Shown here one piece after another: positions 10,233 through 19,686 of a DNA stretch of 64,000 nucleotides. The position numbers and the translations under genes were made by a program. Source of the stretch: Thermoplasmata archaeon (GTDB lineage: Archaea > Thermoplasmatota > SW-10-69-26 > JACQPN01 > JAJPHT01); contig JAXDQU010000025.1 of the NCBI GenBank assembly GCA_034667685.1, positions 1 through 64,000 of the forward strand, given 5' to 3'. Under the pieces are notes generated by a model. The model made no database searches, was not told the DNA's origin, and saw nothing but the letters and a program-made list of their open reading frames with translations. How positions within the stretch are numbered: position 1 is the stretch's first letter; every line of letters begins with the position of its first letter.

Positions 10233-10516
10233 TCAAACTTCTTCTGGAGCTGGAAAAGCTCGAGCTCCAGCGTGGCGCGCAGCTCCTCGCGGGGGCGCGG
10301 GCCGGCCAGCGCGGCGGGCGCGGCGCGGGCGTGGATGACCTGCGTGCCCCCGGGCGCGTCGCGCAGCACGAACGTCGAGAGCGGCGTGTCGAGGCGGCGC
10401 GCTTCCTCGGCGCGGAGGCCCAGCTCGCCCTGCATCGAGGCCATGAGCGCCGCGAAGACCCGGTCGCGCGGCGCGCGCACCAGGATGGAGCCCGTCTCGC
10501 GCAGGAGCGGCGGCAT
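10229..10516 (-). CDS. hypothetical protein
   Basis: 95-aa ORF coupled to the upstream gene's stop. Confidence 0.55.
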   Translation of the reverse strand: MPPLLRETGSILVRAPRDRVFAALMASMQGELGLRAEEARRLDTPLSTFVLRDAPGGTQVIHARAAPAALAGPRPREELRATLELELFQLQKKFD

Positions 10517-11139
10517 CAGGAGCCCTCTAGCCCGGCCCCTTCTTCAAGGTGCGCCCGCACGCCTGGCTCGCGCGCCGCGTCGACGACGAGCAGCAGCGGG
10601 CCGCCGGCCTGCCTGGCGAGCGAGCGCGCGGTGGCGGCGACGTGCGCCTCGCGGGCGCGCTCCACGCGGTCGAGCCCCTTGATGCGCCGGAGCCGCGCGT
10701 CCCAGGCCAGCGCGAAGGCGCGCGCGTCGGGTGCCGCCGGCGGTCGCTTGGCGAGCTTGCGCTGCACGCGCCCGTAGCGCAGCAGGCCCCACGCGGAGAC
10801 CTCGGCGGCGAAGACCTCCTCGTAGCGCTCCTCGGGCAGGTCGGCGCCGTAGACCGGCACGCCCGCCTCGCGCGCCAGGCGCACCGCCTCCAGGAGGTCG
10901 GGCGGCGGGAGCGCGACGTCGCCGTACTCCTGCAGGCGCGCCGCGAAGGCCAGCTCGGCGTCGGGCAGGTCGTCGAACGGGTCGGCGCCTTCGACCGGCT
11001 GGTAGCGCAGCAGCGCGCCGGCGGCCTCGGGCGAGACGCCAAGCGCGACCGCGCGGGGCCGGGCGGCCTCGAACGCCTCGCGCACGCGCGCGGCCTCCGC
11101 CACGAGGCCCTGCACCGTGCCCACGAGGACGACGTCCAT
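10516..11139 (-). CDS. hypothetical protein, TraB/GumN-like fold possible
   Basis: MDVVLVGTVQGL...PRAVALG...REAHVA...LLVVD layout. Confidence 0.55.
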   Translation of the reverse strand: MDVVLVGTVQGLVAEAARVREAFEAARPRAVALGVSPEAAGALLRYQPVEGADPFDDLPDAELAFAARLQEYGDVALPPPDLLEAVRLAREAGVPVYGADLPEERYEEVFAAEVSAWGLLRYGRVQRKLAKRPPAAPDARAFALAWDARLRRIKGLDRVERAREAHVAATARSLARQAGGPLLLVVDAAREPGVRAHLEEGAGLEGS

Positions 11140-11150
11140 GCGGCTCCGCC

Positions 11151-11375
11151 TCAGCGGAACGCGTCGACCTGGTGGTTCTTCGACTCGACCGTCACGATGG
11201 CGCGGTTCGCGGCCAGGAGAAGCTGCTCCATGCCGACCTCCTTGACGACCCCCGCGGGGAACGTGACCATCACGGTCAGCTTCTTGCCGTCCACCTTGAA
11301 GGAGCGCTCGATGCTCACGGGACCCTCGAACTTCTTCGTCGCGTCCGCGGCGCCGCTCTCGGTGGGCTCGGGCAT
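11151..11375 (-). CDS. small hypothetical protein (74 aa)
   Basis: MPEPTESG... with strong host codon bias. Confidence 0.65.
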   Translation of the reverse strand: MPEPTESGAADATKKFEGPVSIERSFKVDGKKLTVMVTFPAGVVKEVGMEQLLLAANRAIVTVESKNHQVDAFR

Positions 11376-11428
11376 GATGCAGCGGCGAGAGCGGGTTCCG
11401 CTCTTCAAGGTATCTTCCCACCCTGGCT

Positions 11429-11518
11429 GGGGCTCTGGGCTCAGGACTCGGGGCTCCCAGTTGTTGTGCCCCCGGAGAGCCCCGAGTCCTGAGTCCTGAG
11501 TCCAGAGCCCCGAGCCCC
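11429..11518. repeat. palindrome built from heptamer repeats, family R2, copy 2
   Basis: GGGCTCT/GGGCTCA/GGACTCG ... AGAGCCC/CGAGTCC/TGAGTCC units. Confidence 0.75.
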
Positions 11519-11554
11519 AAAGCATCAAGCGGGGCTTGCGGCATCGCGCGCCCC

Positions 11555-12424
11555 ATGCAGGTCCAGAAGATCGGCGTCCTCGGCGCGGGGCAGATGGGGC
11601 ACGGCATCGCGCAGGTCGCGGCGCAGGCCGGATACCACGTCGTCCTCCGGGACGTCGAGCAGCGCTTCGTCGACAAGGGGCTCGACGGCATCAAGCGCAA
11701 CCTCGCGCGCCAGGTCGAGAAGGGCAAGCTCGGGAAGGACGTCGCGGACGGGGCGCTGGCGCGCGTCTCGGGCACGACGGACCTCAAGGCGCTCGCGGAC
11801 TGCGACCTCGTCGTGGAGGCGATCGTCGAGAACCTCGACGTGAAGAAGAAGGTCTGGCAGGAGCTCGACGCGGTCGTCAAGCCCGGCGCGGTCTTCGCGA
11901 GCAACACCAGCAGCATCCCGATCACGCTGCTCGCGGCGCAGACGAAGCGCGCCAGGCAGTTCGTCGGCATGCACTTCTTCAACCCCGTCCCCGTGATGAA
12001 GCTCGTCGAGCTGATCCGCGGCGTGGAGACGAGCGACGAGACCGTCGCGCTCGTGAAGGCCGCGGGCGAGAAGATGGGCAAGACCGTGCTCGAGGTCAAC
12101 GACTACCCCGGCTTCGTGAGCAACCGCGTCCTGATGCCCATGATCAACGAGGCGATCTTCTGCCTCTACGAGGGCGTCGCCACGCGCGAGTCGATCGACG
12201 GCGTGATGAAGCTGGGCATGAACCATCCGATGGGCCCGCTGGAGCTCGCCGACTTCATCGGCCTCGACACGTGCCTCGCCATCATGGACGTGCTCCACGA
12301 GGGGTTCAAGGACCCGAAGTACCGCCCCTGCCCGCTGCTGGTCAAGAAGGTCCAGGCGGGGCACTTCGGCCGCAAGTCGGGCCGCGGGTTCTACGATTAT
12401 GGAGAGGGAAGGATCGGGGTCTGA
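11555..12424 (+). CDS. hbd: 3-hydroxybutyryl-CoA dehydrogenase
   Basis: GAGQMG Rossmann motif, [28 protein letters not shown]. Confidence 0.92.
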   Translation: MQVQKIGVLGAGQMGHGIAQVAAQAGYHVVLRDVEQRFVDKGLDGIKRNLARQVEKGKLGKDVADGALARVSGTTDLKALADCDLVVEAIVENLDVKKKVWQELDAVVKPGAVFASNTSSIPITLLAAQTKRARQFVGMHFFNPVPVMKLVELIRGVETSDETVALVKAAGEKMGKTVLEVNDYPGFVSNRVLMPMINEAIFCLYEGVATRESIDGVMKLGMNHPMGPLELADFIGLDTCLAIMDVLHEGFKDPKYRPCPLLVKKVQAGHFGRKSGRGFYDYGEGRIGV

Positions 12425-12460
12425 TCCGACCCCGGTCCCGGGAGACGCGTCGACGCCGTC

Positions 12461-13033
12461 CTACACGCCCGTGCAGGACTCCGTGACCTCGCCCGAGTTG
12501 GGGTCGCGGTGCACGGTGTAGACGCCGACGCACTTGACGCTGCCCGAGGGGTCCTGGTAGACGCCGTCGCAGTAGCCATCGTCGTTGTCGTGGCTGTACG
12601 TGCCGGTGCACGTGCCCCACGGGATGGGGTCGGGCGTGCAGCCGTCGCCGCCGCCGAGCTGGAAGACGCGGACGGCGTTGATCTGCGCCGTGTTCTGGCT
12701 GACGCGGTAGTCGTTGTTGGCCGCCGCCACGTCGGTGGTGGTCGCCGCGTTGCCATCGGCGCTGTTGAGACAGCCTCCGGGCGTGGGGGTGCTCGGGCAG
12801 TTGCCCGCGGAGCCCGAGGAGGAGGCGGTGGTGACGTCGGGCGAGCGCGCGATCGCGAAGGAGTCCGCGTCGTACGAGAACGCGGCCGCGGAGGTCAGGT
12901 CAAGGTGCGTGTAGCACGTGAGCGCGATCGCGCTGTTCGTGTTGCGCACCGTGACGGGGTTCGCGGCGAGCGCGGTGCTCGCGGTCATCAGGGCGGCTCC
13001 GACGATGAGGAGCGTCACGAGGGGAGAACGCAT
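12461..13033 (-). CDS. secreted Cys-rich hypothetical protein
   Basis: signal peptide MRSPLVTLLIVGAALMTASTALA; 8 Cys. Confidence 0.75.
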   Translation of the reverse strand: MRSPLVTLLIVGAALMTASTALAANPVTVRNTNSAIALTCYTHLDLTSAAAFSYDADSFAIARSPDVTTASSSGSAGNCPSTPTPGGCLNSADGNAATTTDVAAANNDYRVSQNTAQINAVRVFQLGGGDGCTPDPIPWGTCTGTYSHDNDDGYCDGVYQDPSGSVKCVGVYTVHRDPNSGEVTESCTGV

Positions 13034-13392
13034 GGTGTTCAGGTTTCCTGCGCCGAGGCGCAAGCCGGACCACGCGCCGGGTGGGCATCTGCTTGCCAGC
13101 CCCGCGCTTGCTAGAAACGCCGCGGCTCCGAGCCACCTCCTTTCTAGAAACGCCGTGGCTGCGATGCGCGGGCCGAACCCGCGCGGCCCAGCCCCCATGC
13201 CCGGCGCCGCGCAACCTCCCTCCGGGCGCTCGGCCGCGGAGACCGCCTTGCCGAGACGGCTCGCACTTGTAGCGACCAGCGCCGGCTCCCTTCGCAACGG
13301 AGGACATATCCACGTTGCTGGATCGAGATTTGTTATCCATCCTCCACAACGCTTGTTCCTCACAGCCGTGTTACGCGGCCCGAGGCTGTAAC

Positions 13393-14559
13393 ATGCTTCG
13401 ATCGATGCTAATTACCACTGCACTCCTAACCACCGCGTTCACGGTCCTCGTCCCGACGGCTTCCGCCGCGGCCTCTTGCGGCGTGAGCACCCTGGCTCCC
13501 ACCTGTTCCTTCGACTGCAACGTAGGCGACTTCGTGACGGTCTCGCTGGCCGGCACGGGGGTGATCAACGGGGCTTGTGGAGGCGCGGCCGCGTCGTGTA
13601 CCGCGAGCCCTCTCAAGAATCCCTGCGTCGGCACCTCCGGTACGGGTGCCCCGGCGGCCCAGACCGGGAACGCGAATTGTCAGTTGACGGGCACCGGCGT
13701 GGGCTCGTGCGCCGCCGGTCCGCTCCCGAACTGCGGCTCGTCGAACCCCAACTACGTGCCCCAGCAGTCGGTCCACGCCTTCGTGATCGCCGGCAACTTC
13801 GGCGCGACGATCAACTCCCAGTTCGGCGGCGTCGGCGTGGCCAACGTGGCCGACACGTCCGGCTGCGCGACGGGCGACGGCGACAACGAGACCGGCCAGG
13901 GCGGCGCTCAGTTCCCTGAAACCAGCCAGGGCGCCTGCGACCCCGCGGCCCCCGTCGTCGGTCACCACCACGGTGGCGCCGGCGCGATCGCGACGGTCAC
14001 GCTCAACACGCTGATCCTGCCCATGGACTACACGTTCGGCACCGACGGCCAGGACCCGGCCGCTTGGCTCGCGGGCCAGCACTGCACCGGCAACAACGTC
14101 GTGTCGGACAGCTACGACTCGGATCCCTTCGACTGCGGCCAGGGCGTCACGGGCCACTACCCGGGCACGGGCACGAGCGCGACGCTCGGGCCCAACCCGA
14201 ACCCCCACGATGGCAGCACGACTGACCCCGACCCGTGGACGACCTCCTTCGGCAACCAGACGCAGGGCACCGCTCGCGCGGACCCCAACGGCGTCCAGTG
14301 CTTCGGCGTGCTCGATGGCAGCGCGTGGAGCTTCTTCGTGTTCGGCCCCAGCGTCTCGGGCCTGATCACGAACCCCCCGCTCGTGTCGACCAAGGGCTGC
14401 CCGGTCATCGGCGACAGCTCGTCGGTCGGCGGCGGCCTCGCGGGCACCGGCCTGCTGACCGGCCCCCTCGCGGGCGACGGCGAGTGCGGCCTGCACGGCG
14501 GTCTCGGCAGTCCCACCGTGGGCACCAGCACGCCCCTCGCGGGCACCATCACGGCGTAG
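13393..14559 (+). CDS. secreted protein family A, copy 1
   Basis: signal peptide; Cys-rich N-domain; core DTSGCATGDGDNETG...GTDGQDP...DPFDCGQG...DGSAW. Confidence 0.85.
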   Translation: MLRSMLITTALLTTAFTVLVPTASAAASCGVSTLAPTCSFDCNVGDFVTVSLAGTGVINGACGGAAASCTASPLKNPCVGTSGTGAPAAQTGNANCQLTGTGVGSCAAGPLPNCGSSNPNYVPQQSVHAFVIAGNFGATINSQFGGVGVANVADTSGCATGDGDNETGQGGAQFPETSQGACDPAAPVVGHHHGGAGAIATVTLNTLILPMDYTFGTDGQDPAAWLAGQHCTGNNVVSDSYDSDPFDCGQGVTGHYPGTGTSATLGPNPNPHDGSTTDPDPWTTSFGNQTQGTARADPNGVQCFGVLDGSAWSFFVFGPSVSGLITNPPLVSTKGCPVIGDSSSVGGGLAGTGLLTGPLAGDGECGLHGGLGSPTVGTSTPLAGTITA

Positions 14560-14584
14560 ATCATCGGCTGTGAGAACCAAACTC

Positions 14585-14625
14585 GGGGCGGGCCGCGTGG
14601 CCCGCCCCCCCTCTTTTCTTTTCCT
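14585..14625 (+). terminator. GC hairpin plus T tract
   Basis: GGGGCGGGCC GCGT GGCCCGCCCC followed by TCTTTTCTTTT. Confidence 0.7.
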
Positions 14626-14849
14626 TCTCCAAAAGGCAGCCTTGCTGCCAGCACGCGGGGCACTGCCAGTCTTTGCGTGCGCGCTCCGGGCGCGACGGGC
14701 CACGGCCGGCGCGGGGCCTGCGTGGGCGCGCCCGTGCAGATAACATGCTGCAGGCGAATGACACGTCTCAACGCCTCGCCTTCTGGGTTGTTACTAATCA
14801 TCCACAAAGGATGTGCACGCCGTCTGGTTGTTACTGGGCGAGGCTGAAC

Positions 14850-16013
14850 ATGCTTCGATCAACATTGATTGCGATCGCCCTCACCACCGTCGCGGCCTTC
14901 TCCATGCCCATCGGCTCCGCGACTCCCTGTGGGGTCAACCTGAAGAACTGCGGCGACGGAGTCTGCGCCGTGAACACCGGCGACTGCGACGGCGGGGTTT
15001 GCGTCGTCAACACCGGTCACTGCTACAGTGGCATCTGCGGCGTCAACACGGGAAACTGTGGACACCGGAAGGCCGTAGGTACCAGCTCCGGGGGCGGCGG
15101 CAGCGGCGCCGCCCGCGCGCCCGCGATTGGGGCCACCGTCCCCCCACTTCCGAACTGTGACTCAGCGAACGTCAACTACATCCCCCAGCAATCGGTCCAC
15201 GTCTTCGTGGCCGCTGTGAACGTCGGGTTTGTCCTCGACTCGGACGCTAGCATCACGGCTGTCGGCCACGTGTCCGACACGAGTGGTTGCGCCACCGGTG
15301 ACGGGGATCATGAGACGGGCACCGGGGGCGCTCAGTTCCCTGAGACCAGCCAGGGCGCCTGCGACCCCGCGGCCCCCGTCGTTGGCCACCACAATGGTAA
15401 CGTGGGCGCAACTGCGACGGTCCAGTCGAACACGGCGAGCCTGGCCATGGACTACCTCTTTGGCACGGACGGCCAGGACCCGGCCGCCTGGACCGCGGGC
15501 CAGCACTGCACGGGCAACAACGTCGTGTCGGACAGCTACGACACGGATCCCTTCGACTGCGGCCAGGGCGACACGGGCCACTATGAGGCGTCGACCGGCG
15601 CCCGCGTCTCCGCGACGCTTCAGCCCAACCCGAACCCCCACGACGGCAGCACGACTGACCCCGACCCGTGGGCGACCACCTTCGGCGCGGTCGCGCAGGA
15701 CGCGTCCCGCGCGGACCCCAACGGCGTCCAGTGCTTCGGCGTGCTCGATGGCAGCGCGTGGGTCTTCTTCGTCTTCGGCCCCAGCGCCTCGGGTCTGCCC
15801 CGCGCGACCGGCGGCCCCCTCCTCGACATCGAGGGCTGCCCCGTCATCGGTGACAGCTCGTCGGTTGGCGGCGGCCTCGCGGGCACCGGCCTGCTGACCG
15901 GCCCCCTCGCGGGCAACAACGAGTGCGGCATCGGCTCGGTCCCGGGCATCGACTTCGGCAGCCCCAGCGCGGGCAGCAGCACGCCCCTCCAGGGCACCAT
16001 CACGGCGCCCTAA
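14850..16013 (+). CDS. secreted protein family A, copy 2 (N-terminal CxVNxxxC repeats)
   Basis: signal peptide; four CxVN(T/L)xxC repeats; same core as copy 1. Confidence 0.85.
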   Translation: MLRSTLIAIALTTVAAFSMPIGSATPCGVNLKNCGDGVCAVNTGDCDGGVCVVNTGHCYSGICGVNTGNCGHRKAVGTSSGGGGSGAARAPAIGATVPPLPNCDSANVNYIPQQSVHVFVAAVNVGFVLDSDASITAVGHVSDTSGCATGDGDHETGTGGAQFPETSQGACDPAAPVVGHHNGNVGATATVQSNTASLAMDYLFGTDGQDPAAWTAGQHCTGNNVVSDSYDTDPFDCGQGDTGHYEASTGARVSATLQPNPNPHDGSTTDPDPWATTFGAVAQDASRADPNGVQCFGVLDGSAWVFFVFGPSASGLPRATGGPLLDIEGCPVIGDSSSVGGGLAGTGLLTGPLAGNNECGIGSVPGIDFGSPSAGSSTPLQGTITAP

Positions 16014-16795
16014 AGCCACGTCGGAAGCAGCCCGAGCTGCTTCGCGAAGAAGTAGAGTGATAGCAGCGAGCCCACGGCGATGATGAACGCGCGCAGGGCC
16101 TTGGGGTCCACGCGCTTCGAGAGCCGTGCGCCTCCGTATCCGCCCACGACGGAGCCCGCGACCATGAGCAGCGCGAGGGGCCAGACGACCTTGCCCGCGA
16201 CGATGAACGCCACGATGGCGACGCCGTTGATGAGCGCGCCGAGGATCGCCTTGAGGCCGTTCATGGCGTGGAGGTCCTCCATGCCCATCGCGCTGAACGC
16301 GGCGAGCATCATGATGCCGATGCCTCCGCCGAAGTAGCCGCCGTAGACCGCGACGCCCAGCTGCGCGAGGACGAAGGGCCACGTCAGGCGCGGTTGGTCG
16401 TGCGGGGCGCGGTCGCGCAGCCGTCGCGTGAGCGCGGGGCCGAAGGCGAACGTGAGCGTGGCGGCGAGCAGCAGCCACGGGATGAGCGCCGAGAAGGCCT
16501 TCTCGGGCGTGAGCAGCAGGAGCAGCGCGCCCAGGAGGCCGCCCAACGCGGAGACGACGCCCAGGAGGACGAGCGTTCGGCGTTCGAGGCGCAGCTCCTC
16601 GCGGAACCCGAACGCGCTGGCGACCGAGCCGGGCCAGAGCGCGACGGTGCTCGTCGCGTTGGCCTCGATGGGCGGGACGCCGGCGAAGAGCAGCATCGGG
16701 AAGGTGAAGAACGAGCCGCCACCCGCCACGGCGTTCTGCGCGCCGCCCCACGCGGCGACCAGGAAGAGCGCCACCAGGATCCAGAGCGGGGCCAA
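16010..16795 (-). CDS. TauE/SafE (TSUP) family membrane transporter
   Basis: NAVAGGGSFFTFP, ANATS, YGGYFGGGIG, NGLK. Confidence 0.88.
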   Translation of the reverse strand: MAPLWILVALFLVAAWGGAQNAVAGGGSFFTFPMLLFAGVPPIEANATSTVALWPGSVASAFGFREELRLERRTLVLLGVVSALGGLLGALLLLLTPEKAFSALIPWLLLAATLTFAFGPALTRRLRDRAPHDQPRLTWPFVLAQLGVAVYGGYFGGGIGIMMLAAFSAMGMEDLHAMNGLKAILGALINGVAIVAFIVAGKVVWPLALLMVAGSVVGGYGGARLSKRVDPKALRAFIIAVGSLLSLYFFAKQLGLLPTWL

Positions 16796-16885
16796 CGCGC
16801 TCGCCAGCCGAGCCGCCTGCTATCTGCCTTCCGCCCCTTTCTTTATGTAGGGCGGAGGCCCTCGAACGCACGCCGGAGGGCGTCG

Positions 16886-18004
16886 ATGCGGCGCACGATC
16901 TGGACGCTTTGGATCGCGGGTCTCACGCTCAAGCTGGTCAGCAGCGCGTGGGACGTCTCCTGGCACTTCGCGCTGCTGCGCGAGAGCATCTCCCCGCCGC
17001 ACGTGATCAACCTCGTCGGCTTCGTGCTCATCGCGCTCGCCTTCCTGCTTTCGTGGCGCGCCCGCACGCCGACGACGCAGCCCGCGCTCAACGTCACGCT
17101 CGTCGGCTTCGCCGTCTTCCTCGTCGCGATCCCCTTCGACGAGGCGTGGCACCGCGTCTTCGGCATCGACATCACGACGTGGAGCCCCAGCCACCTGATG
17201 CTCTTCTACGGCACCACCATCACGATCGCCGGCGTCGTGCTGCTCTACCTCGCCGAGGCGGGCTGGCGCCCCGGGCAGCGCATCGGCGAAGCGCGCCTCG
17301 CGCCGGGCCAGTGGGCCGCGCTCGCCGTCCTCCTGCTCTTCCTCTACGAGGCGATCGCCTTCCCGCTCTCGTACAACGAATACAGTGCGATCGGCGCGTG
17401 GAACTACTTCCACGGCTTCGCGCTCTACACGCCTGGATTGGAGCTGCGCGAGTACGCCAGCCTCATCCCAGACCCGTACCACGGCAACCTCCCGCACCTG
17501 CTCTACCCGGCGTACGCCCTCGCGGCCGCCGTCCTCTTCTGCGTCCTCGTGCGCCAGGTCACGGGCGTGCGCGGCAGCGCGCTGGGCATCATGACGCTCT
17601 ACGCGCTGGAGCGCGCGGCGGCCAACGGCCTCCTGCACGCGGCCGGCTGGCCCACGAGCGCCCTCCCCTGGTACGTCATCCTCGTGGGCGCCGCCGTCGA
17701 GGTCGCGTGGCTCGTCGCCGAAGGGAGCGCGGCGCGCCTCTTCACGACGCTCGTCCTCGCCCTCGCCGGCGCCTACGGCTACTGGTGGGAGTTCGGGCGC
17801 GACCTCGCCACCGGCGCCCCCGTCGTTTTCACCGTGCCCCTCGACTGGAGCACGCTCCCCTGGGCCGCCCTCGCCGCGGGCGCCGGCTTCCTCGCCGGCC
17901 AAGCTCTCGCGCAACGCCTCGGCCCGATGGTCGAGTGGGCCAACCGCGACCCCACGCCCTACGCCGGCGCGACGGCCGAAGCGTGGCTCACCGCGCGCCG
18001 GTAA
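16886..18004 (+). CDS. multi-pass membrane protein with two DxxWH...SPxH motifs
   Basis: WDVSWH..SPPH and FDEAWH..WSPSH; about 9 TM segments. Confidence 0.75.
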   Translation: MRRTIWTLWIAGLTLKLVSSAWDVSWHFALLRESISPPHVINLVGFVLIALAFLLSWRARTPTTQPALNVTLVGFAVFLVAIPFDEAWHRVFGIDITTWSPSHLMLFYGTTITIAGVVLLYLAEAGWRPGQRIGEARLAPGQWAALAVLLLFLYEAIAFPLSYNEYSAIGAWNYFHGFALYTPGLELREYASLIPDPYHGNLPHLLYPAYALAAAVLFCVLVRQVTGVRGSALGIMTLYALERAAANGLLHAAGWPTSALPWYVILVGAAVEVAWLVAEGSAARLFTTLVLALAGAYGYWWEFGRDLATGAPVVFTVPLDWSTLPWAALAAGAGFLAGQALAQRLGPMVEWANRDPTPYAGATAEAWLTARR

Positions 18005-18069
18005 CACGGCTCGGGGTTTCCTCGCAATCCTCCACAAGGACTGAACCGGTACGAGGTGATAACAGTGGT

Positions 18070-18822
18070 ATGCAATCGCCAGTGCTTCTCGCGCTACTTC
18101 TGCTCGCCAGCGTCATGCCCCCGGTTGCGATGACGACCGGCGTCCCGCCGCTTCCGCACTGTGACCCAACGACGAATATCGACTTTCTGCCTGCCCAGAC
18201 GATGCACGTCTTCATCGCCGCGAGCGGCGTCGGGACGGCGAGCAGGTCGCGGATGGGGGGTGGTCTGGCGACTGTGTTCGACACGAGCGGCTGCGCGACG
18301 GGCGATGGCGACAACGAGACGGGTGGGGGCGGCGCCCAGTTTCCCGAGGTCAGCCAGGGTGCCTGCGACCCCCGCGCCCCCGTCGTGGGCCATCACAATG
18401 GGGGTGCTGGCGCGACCGCGACGATCCGGACGAACACGCTGAACTTGCCGGTGGATTTCACCTTCGGCACCGACGGCCAGGACCCGGTGAAGTGGCTCAC
18501 GGGCCAGCCTTGCATGGGCGACGGTATCGTGTCGGACCTCTATGACTCCGAGCCCTTCGACTGCGCGCAAGGACTCACGGGCCACTTCCCGGGCGGCCCC
18601 AGCGCGACCCTCGCGCCCAACCCGAACCCCCACACCGGCATCGGGCTCGACCTCGACCCGTGGGCGACGTCCTTCGGCGCGATCGCGCAGGGCGCGGTCC
18701 GCGGCGACCCGAACGGCCTCGACTGCTTCGGCTTGCCCGACGGCAGCGCGTGGGCGTTCCTTCTCTACGGTCAGGGCGGGGGCACCAGCACGCCCATCAG
18801 TGGCAGCATCACGTCCCCCTGA
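18070..18822 (+). CDS. secreted protein family A, copy 3
   Basis: signal peptide plus shared core. Confidence 0.85.
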   Translation: MQSPVLLALLLLASVMPPVAMTTGVPPLPHCDPTTNIDFLPAQTMHVFIAASGVGTASRSRMGGGLATVFDTSGCATGDGDNETGGGGAQFPEVSQGACDPRAPVVGHHNGGAGATATIRTNTLNLPVDFTFGTDGQDPVKWLTGQPCMGDGIVSDLYDSEPFDCAQGLTGHFPGGPSATLAPNPNPHTGIGLDLDPWATSFGAIAQGAVRGDPNGLDCFGLPDGSAWAFLLYGQGGGTSTPISGSITSP

Positions 18823-18918
18823 AGTGCGTCTGGAGCGGACGCGGCGGCGGTAACGCGCCTCGGGATTTCCTCGCAATCCTCCACAACGGATGAACCGGGG
18901 CAGGGCGATAACAGGGCC

Positions 18919-19599
18919 ATGCGGTCGCCGATCCTCGTCGCGCTGCTCCTCCTCGCCAGCCTTCTTCCTGCGGTCGCGATGGCGGCGAATTGCGACTCGT
19001 CGAACCCCAACTACCTGCCTCAGCAGACGGTCCACATCTTCATCCCGGGCGTGCCCCAGGTCACGTTCGACACGAGCGGCTGCGTGACGGGCGACGGCGA
19101 CAACGAGACCGGCTTCTGGGCCGCCCAGTTCCCGGAGACCCGCCAGGGGGCGTGCGACCCGCCGGCCCCGTGGAGCGGCCACCACAACGGGGGTCCCGGG
19201 GCTACCGCGACGATCCTCTCGAACACGGGGAACCTGCCCGTGGAGTACACGTTCGGCACGGACGGCCAGGACCCGGCGGCCTGGGCCGCGGGCGTGGGCT
19301 GCACGAGCAACGGCATCATCTCGGACAGCTACGACACGGACCCCTTCGACTGCGGACAAGGCATCACGGGCCACTTCCCCGGCACGAGCGCGACCCTCGC
19401 GCCCAACCCGAACTACCATGCTGGCAGCGCAACGGACCCCGACCCGTGGGCGACCAGCTTCGGCCCGGTCGCGCAGAACGCGGTCCGCGGCGACCCGAAC
19501 GGCCTCGACTGCTTCGGCGTGCTCGACGGCAGCGCGTGGGCATTCCTCGACAAGGGCGCGACGAGCATGCCCTTCGTGGGCGCGATCACCGCCCCCTGA
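18919..19599 (+). CDS. secreted protein family A, copy 4 (minimal core)
   Basis: signal peptide plus shared core. Confidence 0.85.
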   Translation: MRSPILVALLLLASLLPAVAMAANCDSSNPNYLPQQTVHIFIPGVPQVTFDTSGCVTGDGDNETGFWAAQFPETRQGACDPPAPWSGHHNGGPGATATILSNTGNLPVEYTFGTDGQDPAAWAAGVGCTSNGIISDSYDTDPFDCGQGITGHFPGTSATLAPNPNYHAGSATDPDPWATSFGPVAQNAVRGDPNGLDCFGVLDGSAWAFLDKGATSMPFVGAITAP

Positions 19600-19686
19600 G
19601 CCACCCCGCCCGAAGGAGCGTCCCCTGCCAGGATTTCTCCAAAATCCTCCACAACGGCCGAACCTGCGCCTGGCGATGGTCCGCCC

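Noticed and set aside
16886-18004. Bona fide ammonia/methane monooxygenase subunit C
   Set aside because: No A/B subunits nearby; motif is duplicated and the protein is longer than PmoC
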